From: a virus
IMG/VR virus record: IMGVR_UViG_3300045988_115300
Location: 1-40,593 of that record
Reading direction: 5' to 3' (one strand)
Length of the DNA stretch: 40,593 nt
Shown one piece after another: positions 33,435-40,593 of this stretch. How positions within the stretch are numbered: the stretch's first letter is position 1; each line of letters starts with the position of its first letter. The translations under genes and the position numbers were made by a program. The notes beneath the pieces are model-generated. The model was not told the origin of the DNA and searched no databases. It saw only the letters and a program-made list of their open reading frames with translations.

Positions 33435-34088
33435 ATGTCCGAGCATGAGCTTTGGCTTGAGAACCCGCCGAAAGGCACAGAGGTGTGCCTCGGCTTCGAC
33501 GGCTCCGAGAACGACGACTGGACATGCATCAAGGCGGAAACCCGTGAGGGCTTCATCTTCACTCCGCGCTATGGCGCGGATCGTCGTCCGACGATCTGGA
33601 ATCCGAAGACGTGGGGCGGACGCATCCCGCGCAGCGAGGTCAATGCCGCCATGGACGAGCTCAACGACCGATACAAGGTTATCCGCGCCTACTGCGACCC
33701 CGGTTTCCGCGACGAGGTGTCGTGGGAATCGCAGATCGAGGCGTGGGACTCCCAATACGGGCCGAAGAAATTCATCCCTTGGTCGATGAGCGGTTCGAGC
33801 CGTATCACCGCCGTCTGGGAGGCATTGAAACGCTTCGAATCCGACCTCGAGCACCATGCCATCACTCAGGACGGGTGTCCGATCACCATCACGCACATGC
33901 GCAACGCAAGACGCTTTGCCAAATCCGGCGAACGCTACGGGTTGGGCAAGCCGAAGCAGACGCGGAAAATCGATGCGGCGGTGACGTGCGTGCTGGCGCA
34001 TGAGGCGGCATGCGACGCGCGTGCCGCCGGTTGGGGCAGGAAACGCAAGGCGTACCTGCTGACTGGTTCTACTACTAGGGGGTTCTAA
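33435..34088 (+). CDS. terL: Terminase large subunit, C-terminal RNase-H-like nuclease half (separate ORF)
   Basis: 217 aa; VCLGFDGSENDDWTCI, RAYCDPG and RKIDAAVTCVLAHEAA are the usual nuclease-domain acidic motifs. Confidence 0.82.
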   Translation: MSEHELWLENPPKGTEVCLGFDGSENDDWTCIKAETREGFIFTPRYGADRRPTIWNPKTWGGRIPRSEVNAAMDELNDRYKVIRAYCDPGFRDEVSWESQIEAWDSQYGPKKFIPWSMSGSSRITAVWEALKRFESDLEHHAITQDGCPITITHMRNARRFAKSGERYGLGKPKQTRKIDAAVTCVLAHEAACDARAAGWGRKRKAYLLTGSTTRGF

Positions 34089-35609
34089 ATGATTCGTACC
34101 GCCGATGACGTGAATCGCATGGCGAATCTTCTCGCCTTGAAGATCGAGAACCGTCGGCCGGACATCAGGAAGCATACGGATTATGTGCGCGGCAAGCGCG
34201 GAACCCTGAAATTCGCGTCCGACGAGTTCAAACGCTACATGGCGGACCGGTTCTCAGGTTTCGCCGACAACTGGTGCCTGCCGGTGGCGCAGGCGCCGGT
34301 CGAGCGCATCCATTTCAGAGGCTTTATCCCATACGACGACAGTGAGCTCGACTCGCATGTCATGCGCGTGTGGGAGCGGAATGACTGCGACCGCAAGCTG
34401 CAGGAGACGGCGCTGATGATGACCACGACCGGACGTGCTTTCGGCCTGGTCACGTCGATGCCGGACGGCAGGGCGCGCATCAGCTTCGAGCATCCGGACA
34501 GCGCGGCAGTGCACTATGATCCGCTCACTGGAGAGGTCGATGCCGGGCTGCTGGTCCGATACGACGAGGAGCACGAGTTCGGCACGCTGCTGCTGCCGGA
34601 CATGGTCTTCGACGTGGTGCGCGTGCGTGCAGGCGGGGACGACGAGCGTAACCGTCTGCCGCCCGGCGTTGAGGGTTGGCGGTTCGTTCCGGATTCGGCG
34701 CGCGCGAACCCGCTCGGACGCGTGCCATTGGTCGAATTCCGCAATCAGATGCTCCTGGATGACCTGCCGATCAGTGATGTGGAGCAGGTCGAGTCGATGC
34801 AGGACGCCGTCAACGTCTGCTGGGCATACACCTTGAATGCTTTGGATTTCGCGTCCATGCCTGCGAGGGTGATACTTGGCGGCGACTCCCTGTCCGAACC
34901 GGTTTTCGACAAGACTACCGGCGAGCAGGTCGGCGAACGTCCCGTGAACCTCGACAAGCAGGTCATGGAGCGCATCATGCAGATCACCGGCGACAACGTG
35001 TCGATCGGGGAATGGACAGCCAGCAACCTGCAGGCGTTCCTGCCGATCATCCAGAAGGCCGTCGAGCACATCGCGGCCGAGACACGCACGCCCGGCCACT
35101 ACCTGCTGACGAACGCCGAGGTGCCGGCCACCGGCTACGAGGTCGCCGAAGCCGGCCTCGTGTCGAAGACATTGGAGCGCATCAGCTTCATGCGTCAGCC
35201 GGTGCGCGAATTGTGCGAGATGGCCATGATGCTCGAGGATGACGAGGAATCAGCCCGCATCCTCGAGGATTCACAAGTCGTGTTCGCCACACCGCAATAC
35301 CGGTCCGAGGCCCTCATGGCCGACGCGATGCTCAAATACAAGCAGCTCGGCTACCCGCTGCAGTGGATAGCCGAGCAGATGGGCCAGAGTCCGGAGGACA
35401 TCAAACGCATCATGCGCATGGTGGACGACGAGAATCACGATCCGGAGATGGCTGAGATAGCACGAAGCCTGCAGGTCGGAGGTGCATCTGATGACGGTGA
35501 CTCTGGAGAGCCTGTCGGACAGCCGCAACACACTGGCCCGACTCTGCCTGCTGGCCGTGAAGGCGGCGGACAAAACATGGAAGGGCGTGGATCCGCGACG
35601 GGTGCGTGA
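34089..35609 (+). CDS. Portal protein
   Basis: 506 aa, immediately after terL, acidic C-terminus. Confidence 0.88.
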   Translation: MIRTADDVNRMANLLALKIENRRPDIRKHTDYVRGKRGTLKFASDEFKRYMADRFSGFADNWCLPVAQAPVERIHFRGFIPYDDSELDSHVMRVWERNDCDRKLQETALMMTTTGRAFGLVTSMPDGRARISFEHPDSAAVHYDPLTGEVDAGLLVRYDEEHEFGTLLLPDMVFDVVRVRAGGDDERNRLPPGVEGWRFVPDSARANPLGRVPLVEFRNQMLLDDLPISDVEQVESMQDAVNVCWAYTLNALDFASMPARVILGGDSLSEPVFDKTTGEQVGERPVNLDKQVMERIMQITGDNVSIGEWTASNLQAFLPIIQKAVEHIAAETRTPGHYLLTNAEVPATGYEVAEAGLVSKTLERISFMRQPVRELCEMAMMLEDDEESARILEDSQVVFATPQYRSEALMADAMLKYKQLGYPLQWIAEQMGQSPEDIKRIMRMVDDENHDPEMAEIARSLQVGGASDDGDSGEPVGQPQHTGPTLPAGREGGGQNMEGRGSATGA

Positions 35610-36705
35610 CAGCTGGAATCGGACAAACGCCGATTTCCTAACGCTCTTCGCCACACTGCAGACCCGCGCCGCGAGCGACGCGATGGACTCGTCCACGTTG
35701 ATGCTCGCCGAACAGGGCGACTACGTGCGCCCTGACGGTATTGCGAATCCCCTCGCCTTCGGGACTGGTTTCGCACCGAGCGGCATCGACCTCGAATCAT
35801 ATTTCGATATCCCGGTGACGCGCACTTTGTCGGCCATCAAGTCAGGCATGGGTGAATCCGATGCCATGATGGCAGGTCGTGCTACGCTTCGCCAGATGGC
35901 CATGCAGGCCATCGAGGACACGTCAATCAGCGCGATGGGCGTCAGCATCACCCAGCGTTCCGGCGTCGGCTACGTGCGCGTCGAATCACCCGACTGTTGC
36001 CCACGATGCGCCATCCTCGCCGGAAAATACTTCCGGCACAACAACGACTTCCTTCGTCATCCGAAATGCCACGGTCGCACCATCCCCTGCAAAGGCAAGG
36101 ACAAGGCCGAGAAACAAGGCTGGATCACATCGCCGATGGACCGCTTCAACGGCATGAGCGAAGAGGAGCAGGACAAGGTCTTCGGACATGCCGACGCGCA
36201 GGCCATCAGGGACGGCGCCGACATCTACCAGGTCGTCAACGCGCATCGAGGCATGCGGCCAATCGGACGCGGCAACATCCGCATGACAACGTCCGAAGGC
36301 ACCAGCCGCTACGGGTGGAGCCGCATGATTCGCAAATACGAATACGGCCAACGCCAGAGGCGCAGGCTCACGCCGGAGGGCATCTACAGCTTCAACCTGC
36401 CGCGCGAGCAGACCATCGAACTTCTGAAGCGCGAGGGATACATCCTGCCCGACAAGTGGCGTGAGCAGGTGCCGGAGCTTCGCCGCAGCCAATGGCTGCA
36501 CGACAACGGATACCGCCAGGGACGGCATGAGGAGCTGACCGCGGCGCAGAAGCGTCTGCTCAATGCGCGGCTCCGCTACGAGGCCGCATTGGACGGCCAC
36601 AATCCCTACCAGCCCGGCAAACCGGTCACGCCTGACGTGCTGGCGAAGGCCGAGAACTCGTATCGCCGCTGGCTTTCCAGCAACGGCGAAAAATACACCG
36701 AATGA
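35491..36705 (+). CDS. MuF-like minor head protein (head morphogenesis)
   Basis: 404 aa from ATG 35491 (GGAGG 8 nt upstream; GTG 35482 is also possible). Overlaps the portal ORF by 119 nt. VESPDCCPRCAILAGKYF is a motif typical of the actinophage MuF-like family. Confidence 0.78.
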   Translation: MTVTLESLSDSRNTLARLCLLAVKAADKTWKGVDPRRVRDSWNRTNADFLTLFATLQTRAASDAMDSSTLMLAEQGDYVRPDGIANPLAFGTGFAPSGIDLESYFDIPVTRTLSAIKSGMGESDAMMAGRATLRQMAMQAIEDTSISAMGVSITQRSGVGYVRVESPDCCPRCAILAGKYFRHNNDFLRHPKCHGRTIPCKGKDKAEKQGWITSPMDRFNGMSEEEQDKVFGHADAQAIRDGADIYQVVNAHRGMRPIGRGNIRMTTSEGTSRYGWSRMIRKYEYGQRQRRRLTPEGIYSFNLPREQTIELLKREGYILPDKWREQVPELRRSQWLHDNGYRQGRHEELTAAQKRLLNARLRYEAALDGHNPYQPGKPVTPDVLAKAENSYRRWLSSNGEKYTE

Positions 36706-36716
36706 AAGGAAACACT

Positions 36717-37307
36717 ATGTCCGATGGACAACAGCAGGATCCGAACACCAACGATCCGGGCGCGCAGGAGCCACCCGTCGACTGGCACGACAAGTTCCTA
36801 GGCCAGAAAAAGGTCAACAACGACCTCGAGGCGAAGCTCAAGACCGCCTACGAGAAGGCCGACCGCGTGGACGACCTGGAGAAGCAGGTCGCTGACTGGG
36901 AGAAGCGCGGCAAGGAATTCGAATCCGCGCAGGCCACGATAGCCGGACTGCAGAAGCAGGTGCTCCAGGCGAATGTCACCGCCGCGGCCACCGGCAAGCT
37001 CATCAATCCGGGAGACGCATTGAAGCTTATCGATTTCTCCGACCTGACCGCGGACGATCAGGGAGGATACGACCAGAAGGCGATTTCCAAGAAAATCGAC
37101 GATCTGGTCACGGCACACCCGTATCTCGCGCAAGGCGGGAACAAGGCTGGCCTGGCGGGAATCATCCCACCGTCAGGCGCCCGTGATGGCGATCATCAGG
37201 CGGGACAGCTTACCAGGGACGATCTGAAGAACATGACCCCGAAGCAGATCGAGGAGGCGCGCCGCAAGGGCCGTCTGGATGACCTGCTCGCAGGCCGCAG
37301 CAAGTAA
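36717..37307 (+). CDS. Scaffolding protein
   Basis: About 196 aa (alternative ATG at 36702). Charged and coiled-coil-like (KLKTAYEKADRVDDLEKQVADWEKRGKEFE). Directly upstream of the capsid gene. Confidence 0.72.
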   Translation: MSDGQQQDPNTNDPGAQEPPVDWHDKFLGQKKVNNDLEAKLKTAYEKADRVDDLEKQVADWEKRGKEFESAQATIAGLQKQVLQANVTAAATGKLINPGDALKLIDFSDLTADDQGGYDQKAISKKIDDLVTAHPYLAQGGNKAGLAGIIPPSGARDGDHQAGQLTRDDLKNMTPKQIEEARRKGRLDDLLAGRSK

Positions 37308-37321
37308 GGAGGCCACCAGCA

Positions 37322-38266
37322 ATGGCAATCACCAATTTCATCCCCGAGGTATGGTCCGCCGCCATCCTCGAAGCCCTGCGCGCGAAGCTCGTCTTCCCGA
37401 GCCTGTGCAACCGCGATTACGAGGGCGACATCCGTGAGGCCGGTGACACCGTGCACATCACCGGATACGACGACGTGACCGTGCGCAAGTACGTCCGCGG
37501 CCAGGCGATCACCGTCGACGATGTCAATGACAAGGAAGCAGCCGTTCTTGAAATCAATCAGTCCGACTATTTCGCCTTCAAGGTCAACGACCTCGACAAG
37601 GCTCAGGCCAAGGCGGACATGACTGGAAAGTTCACCAATTCCGCCGCCTACAACATGATGAAGAACGTGGAGAACTACATCTCTAATCTCATGGACACTG
37701 CCGTCAGCACGCCGGCGAAGACCGTGGCCGTCGGCACCCCCGCCGACGCGTATCTCGCCGTCGTGGAAGCCGGACGGAAGCTGGATGTTCAAAACGTGCC
37801 CGACGAGGGACGCTGGCTCGTCGTCAGCCCCGACTTCTACGCCTTGCTGCTGCAGGACTCCCGCTTCATCGAAGGCACCGAAGCAGGCCATAATACGCTG
37901 CTCAACGGCGTGGTCGGCCAGGTGCGCGGCTTCACTGTCGTGAAGTCCAACAATGTGCCGCACAAGTCCGCCAGCCCGGACACACAGTCCATCCTCGCAG
38001 GCACGAACGCCGCCGTGACCTTCGCGCAGCAGGTCAGCAACGTCGAGGCTATGCGCATGCAGACCGACTTCGCCGACATGGTCCGCGGCCTCGACCTGTA
38101 CGGCGCCAAGGTCATCCGCCCCGAGTGCCTGACCAAGATTACCCTGAACCTCTCCACCACCACCGGTCGTTCCCTGCAGGATGCGCAGACCCCTGTCGTG
38201 AGCGGTACCACCGCAGACAGCGACGGTGAAGAGGATGCTGCTGCAGGCAAGAAGAGCGGCAAGTAG
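37322..38266 (+). CDS. Major capsid protein
   Basis: 314 aa; MAITNFIPEVWSAAILEALRAKLVFPSLCNRDYEGDI...; position after the scaffold gene. Confidence 0.88.
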   Translation: MAITNFIPEVWSAAILEALRAKLVFPSLCNRDYEGDIREAGDTVHITGYDDVTVRKYVRGQAITVDDVNDKEAAVLEINQSDYFAFKVNDLDKAQAKADMTGKFTNSAAYNMMKNVENYISNLMDTAVSTPAKTVAVGTPADAYLAVVEAGRKLDVQNVPDEGRWLVVSPDFYALLLQDSRFIEGTEAGHNTLLNGVVGQVRGFTVVKSNNVPHKSASPDTQSILAGTNAAVTFAQQVSNVEAMRMQTDFADMVRGLDLYGAKVIRPECLTKITLNLSTTTGRSLQDAQTPVVSGTTADSDGEEDAAAGKKSGK

Positions 38267-38291
38267 TCGAGTCCGATGATCGGAGGCTGAA

Positions 38292-38876
38292 ATGACCGCA
38301 CTGGCCACCTTGGACGACCTGAAACATAACGGCATCGAAGTGACCGATGAGCAGACGGCAACCAGTCTGCTCGACTCGGTCTCCGAAGCCGTCCGCTCGG
38401 CCGCCGGCTGTCCGATCACCCTCGGCGAATGGACCGTCGACATCCCCGGAGAACAGTCCAGGAAACTCGACCTGCCATGCAGGGCCGTCAGAAGCGTTTC
38501 CAAAGTGCTCATCGACGGCAAGACCGTCGACGACTGGCGGCTCCTCGGATCCGCACTCTACCGCGAAGAGCCGTGGAGCCCCTTCGGACGCATCCCGTCG
38601 GTCGTGACCGTCACCTTCACAGGCGGCTGGAATCCGATACCCGCCGATATCGTCAGACTCGTCTGCTCGTACGTCGCAGCCGGACTCCACCAGCTCGAGG
38701 ACGGAGGCCCCGGCGCCCACGTCGGCGTCAGCTACGAACGCGTCGACGACGCACAGGTCGGATACGCGCAAGGCGATGCCGCCCAAATCGATGCGACCGA
38801 ACTGCCGGAAGCGACCAGACGCAGCCTGCGCAACCGCTTCGGCGCGAACGTCTCTTCGATAGGGGTGTTCCGATGA
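38292..38876 (+). CDS. Head-tail connector / adaptor protein
   Basis: 194 aa, first gene after the capsid gene. Called from synteny. Confidence 0.65.
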   Translation: MTALATLDDLKHNGIEVTDEQTATSLLDSVSEAVRSAAGCPITLGEWTVDIPGEQSRKLDLPCRAVRSVSKVLIDGKTVDDWRLLGSALYREEPWSPFGRIPSVVTVTFTGGWNPIPADIVRLVCSYVAAGLHQLEDGGPGAHVGVSYERVDDAQVGYAQGDAAQIDATELPEATRRSLRNRFGANVSSIGVFR

Positions 38877-39286
38877 GAATCAGCGCATCATTCCTCTCCA
38901 AGGCCCGCCGTGACGCGGAAGGCCTCATGACCGACCAGTGCACGGTAACCCGCCCAGGCGAGTCCACCACGGATCCGGACACGGGACTGCCGGACACCGG
39001 CACGGAGCAGGTGTACCAGGGCAAGTGCAAGATGCAGACCTCGGGCGGTCTCGCCAGCGAGCAGACGGAGGGTAGTGCGGCGCAGGCCATGGGCGCTGTA
39101 AGTCTCGTCTGGTCGCTGTATGTGCATTTCCCTTACGACACGTCCGGCCTGCGTGCCGGTGACGTGGTGGAGGTCACGGATTCCGCGAATCCGCTGCTTT
39201 CCGGCCGACGGTTCCGGCTCGTCTCCCCGCAATCGGAGAAGAGCCATGTCACCGTCTGCCGCTGGAATGTGAAGGAGGACGCATGA
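38873..39286 (+). CDS. Head closure / head-tail joining protein
   Basis: 137 aa, ATGA overlap with the upstream gene. Called from synteny. Confidence 0.6.
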   Translation: MRISASFLSKARRDAEGLMTDQCTVTRPGESTTDPDTGLPDTGTEQVYQGKCKMQTSGGLASEQTEGSAAQAMGAVSLVWSLYVHFPYDTSGLRAGDVVEVTDSANPLLSGRRFRLVSPQSEKSHVTVCRWNVKEDA

Positions 39287-39666
39287 GTCTTGTGAACGTG
39301 GACGCGAGCCAGCTGAAAGCCTTCGGAACCACTCTCGCAGGCGGTGCCACCGTGCGTCGTGCATTGGTGTCCGCCGCAGTGAAGAAGGGCGCGCAGAACG
39401 TCAAGGAAAGCATCGAGGGCGATCTGAAAACGTCCCGGAACGCCGCCTTCCGGCGCATCGGCATCCATTACACGATGCAGACCGTCGGAGCCACAGGCAT
39501 CGCCGCCGACATCAGCCCCACCAAAGGCGGACCCGGCAGCCTAGCCAACATAGCCTTCTTCGGCACCGCCAAAGGCGGAGGCACCCACAGCTTCTACGAA
39601 CACGCCGAGGACGAGCTCCCGGCGCTCGCGGAACAGGTCGCCAGGGTGGCGGGGGAGGTGGTCTGA
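39283..39666 (+). CDS. Neck / tail completion protein (HK97 gp10-like)
   Basis: 127 aa, ATGA overlap with the upstream gene. Called from synteny. Confidence 0.6.
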   Translation: MSLVNVDASQLKAFGTTLAGGATVRRALVSAAVKKGAQNVKESIEGDLKTSRNAAFRRIGIHYTMQTVGATGIAADISPTKGGPGSLANIAFFGTAKGGGTHSFYEHAEDELPALAEQVARVAGEVV

Positions 39667-39667
39667 A

Positions 39668-40084
39668 ATGGCGTCGATCATGACATTGACCGACACGATC
39701 CTCGAGCACATCCCACAGCCCGCCGACGGGTGGACGGTGTACCGGCAGACCTCGCCGAAGCCGACCGACAAGCCGCCGTGGATCATCGAGACCGTGACCA
39801 CCAACGGCCACGTGGTCGGCGAGACGCAACGCCTGCAGGGCGGCATCGGCACGTTGCAGGTACGCGTCGTGAGCACCACGGCAGACTCCGTCAACGTGAT
39901 GGTCGACGACCTCATGATCCCCGCGCTGACCGGGAAACGGTTCGTCGCCAAGGGCTTCGACACCGGCTGCCTGACCCTGTTCTCCGACTCCGGCGCCTAC
40001 GCGGCCGGACTGACCGCCGAGGAGACGGCGCTCCTCTACCAGTGCCGCCTGCTCACCTACAAATTCAACTGGTCACGCATGTGA
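39668..40084 (+). CDS. Tail terminator-like protein
   Basis: 138 aa, the last gene before the major tail protein. Confidence 0.58.
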   Translation: MASIMTLTDTILEHIPQPADGWTVYRQTSPKPTDKPPWIIETVTTNGHVVGETQRLQGGIGTLQVRVVSTTADSVNVMVDDLMIPALTGKRFVAKGFDTGCLTLFSDSGAYAAGLTAEETALLYQCRLLTYKFNWSRM

Positions 40085-40150
40085 CCGAAACCAATGTTTC
40101 CAACCACTTTCGGCGCAAGCCGCGAGGGGTTTCGTCTTAAGGAGCGAAAT

Positions 40151-40593
40151 ATGGTCCTCAATCTGGGAACCGAGATCCCGTCCACGCCAGCGGACGGCAA
40201 GGTCAACACCATCTGGGTGCCGACCATCAAGGACATCAACCATCCGACCGCCGCCGAGATCAGCAACGGCACCGACCTGAGCAACTACGTGACCCTGGGC
40301 GGCTGGAGCTGCAGTCCGTCGCAGGATACGATCAGCGACCAGCGCGAGAACAGCTCGATGGATTACGAGAACCCCGGCCGCAAGAAGATCAGCGGCCCGT
40401 CCGTCGAGGTCATTGACAACACCAACACCGAGCACGCCAACCAGAACGCCGCCATGGACACCCTCAAGGAGGGCGCGGAAGGCTACTTCGTCCGCCGATA
40501 CGGCAAGGACACCGACCGCACCTTCGTCGCCGGCGACATCGTCAACGTCTACAGCGTGCGCATCGGCATGAGCGCCAAGGACGCGATCGCCGC
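40151..40593 (+). CDS. Major tail protein, N-terminal part (continues at position 120 after collapsing the terminal overlap)
   Basis: TAAGGAGCGAAATATG. MVLNLGTEIPSTPADGKVNTIWVPTIKDINHPTAAEISNGTDLSNYV... stays open to the end of the window and is in frame with 1-195. Confidence 0.75.
   Translation, partial: MVLNLGTEIPSTPADGKVNTIWVPTIKDINHPTAAEISNGTDLSNYVTLGGWSCSPSQDTISDQRENSSMDYENPGRKKISGPSVEVIDNTNTEHANQNAAMDTLKEGAEGYFVRRYGKDTDRTFVAGDIVNVYSVRIGMSAKDAIA
40475..40593. repeat. Terminal overlap, identical to 1-119
   Basis: Same 119-nt string as the window start. Confidence 0.95.

Noticed and set aside
37196-38521. 441-aa minus-strand ORF opposite the capsid gene
   Set aside because: Shadow ORF. 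The + strand encodes a convincing major capsid protein.

Overview
The window is one complete, circularly closed genome of about 40.47 kb. Its ends are identical (1-119 = 40475-40593), and the join falls inside the major tail protein gene. It is a temperate, high-G+C, siphovirus-type phage or excised prophage. The host is probably an actinobacterium, possibly Bifidobacterium; that is inference from composition and gene content only. Gene order on the + strand: tail chaperones with a -1 frameshift, tape measure, Dit/Tal/RBP-like tail tip genes, a decayed tyrosine-recombinase fragment (- strand), a full diversity-generating retroelement (target gene with C-terminal VR, GAAA hairpin, TR, reverse transcriptase), a lysis cassette (signal-peptide GH25/LysM endolysin and holin), a lysogeny region, early/replication genes, then the packaging and head genes. 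The lysogeny region holds a possible BECR-fold toxin moron, a leftward small-peptide/xis operon, an A+T-rich attP-like region, the tyrosine integrase, two leftward membrane/lipoprotein morons and a CI-like/Cro-like switch. The early region holds SSB, a replication protein with internal iterons, a ParB-like protein, an HNH endonuclease and a DEDDh exonuclease. The late region holds a terminator, HNH, a cos-like region, terS, terL, portal, MuF-like protein, scaffold, capsid, connectors and the major tail protein. Most noteworthy: (1) the DGR, where 12 of 13 TR/VR mismatches fall on TR adenines and no Avd-like gene is present; (2) a large terminase gene split into separate ATPase and nuclease ORFs by a roughly 1.1-kb, more A+T-rich two-gene cassette (a DUF4417-like ORF plus a Gly-rich ORF); (3) a recombinase relic beside the receptor-binding genes; (4) a 90-nt tRNA-like element in an early intergenic gap; (5) a small-peptide leader with mutually exclusive hairpins upstream of xis. 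All functional calls come from reading motifs by eye; no database search was run.
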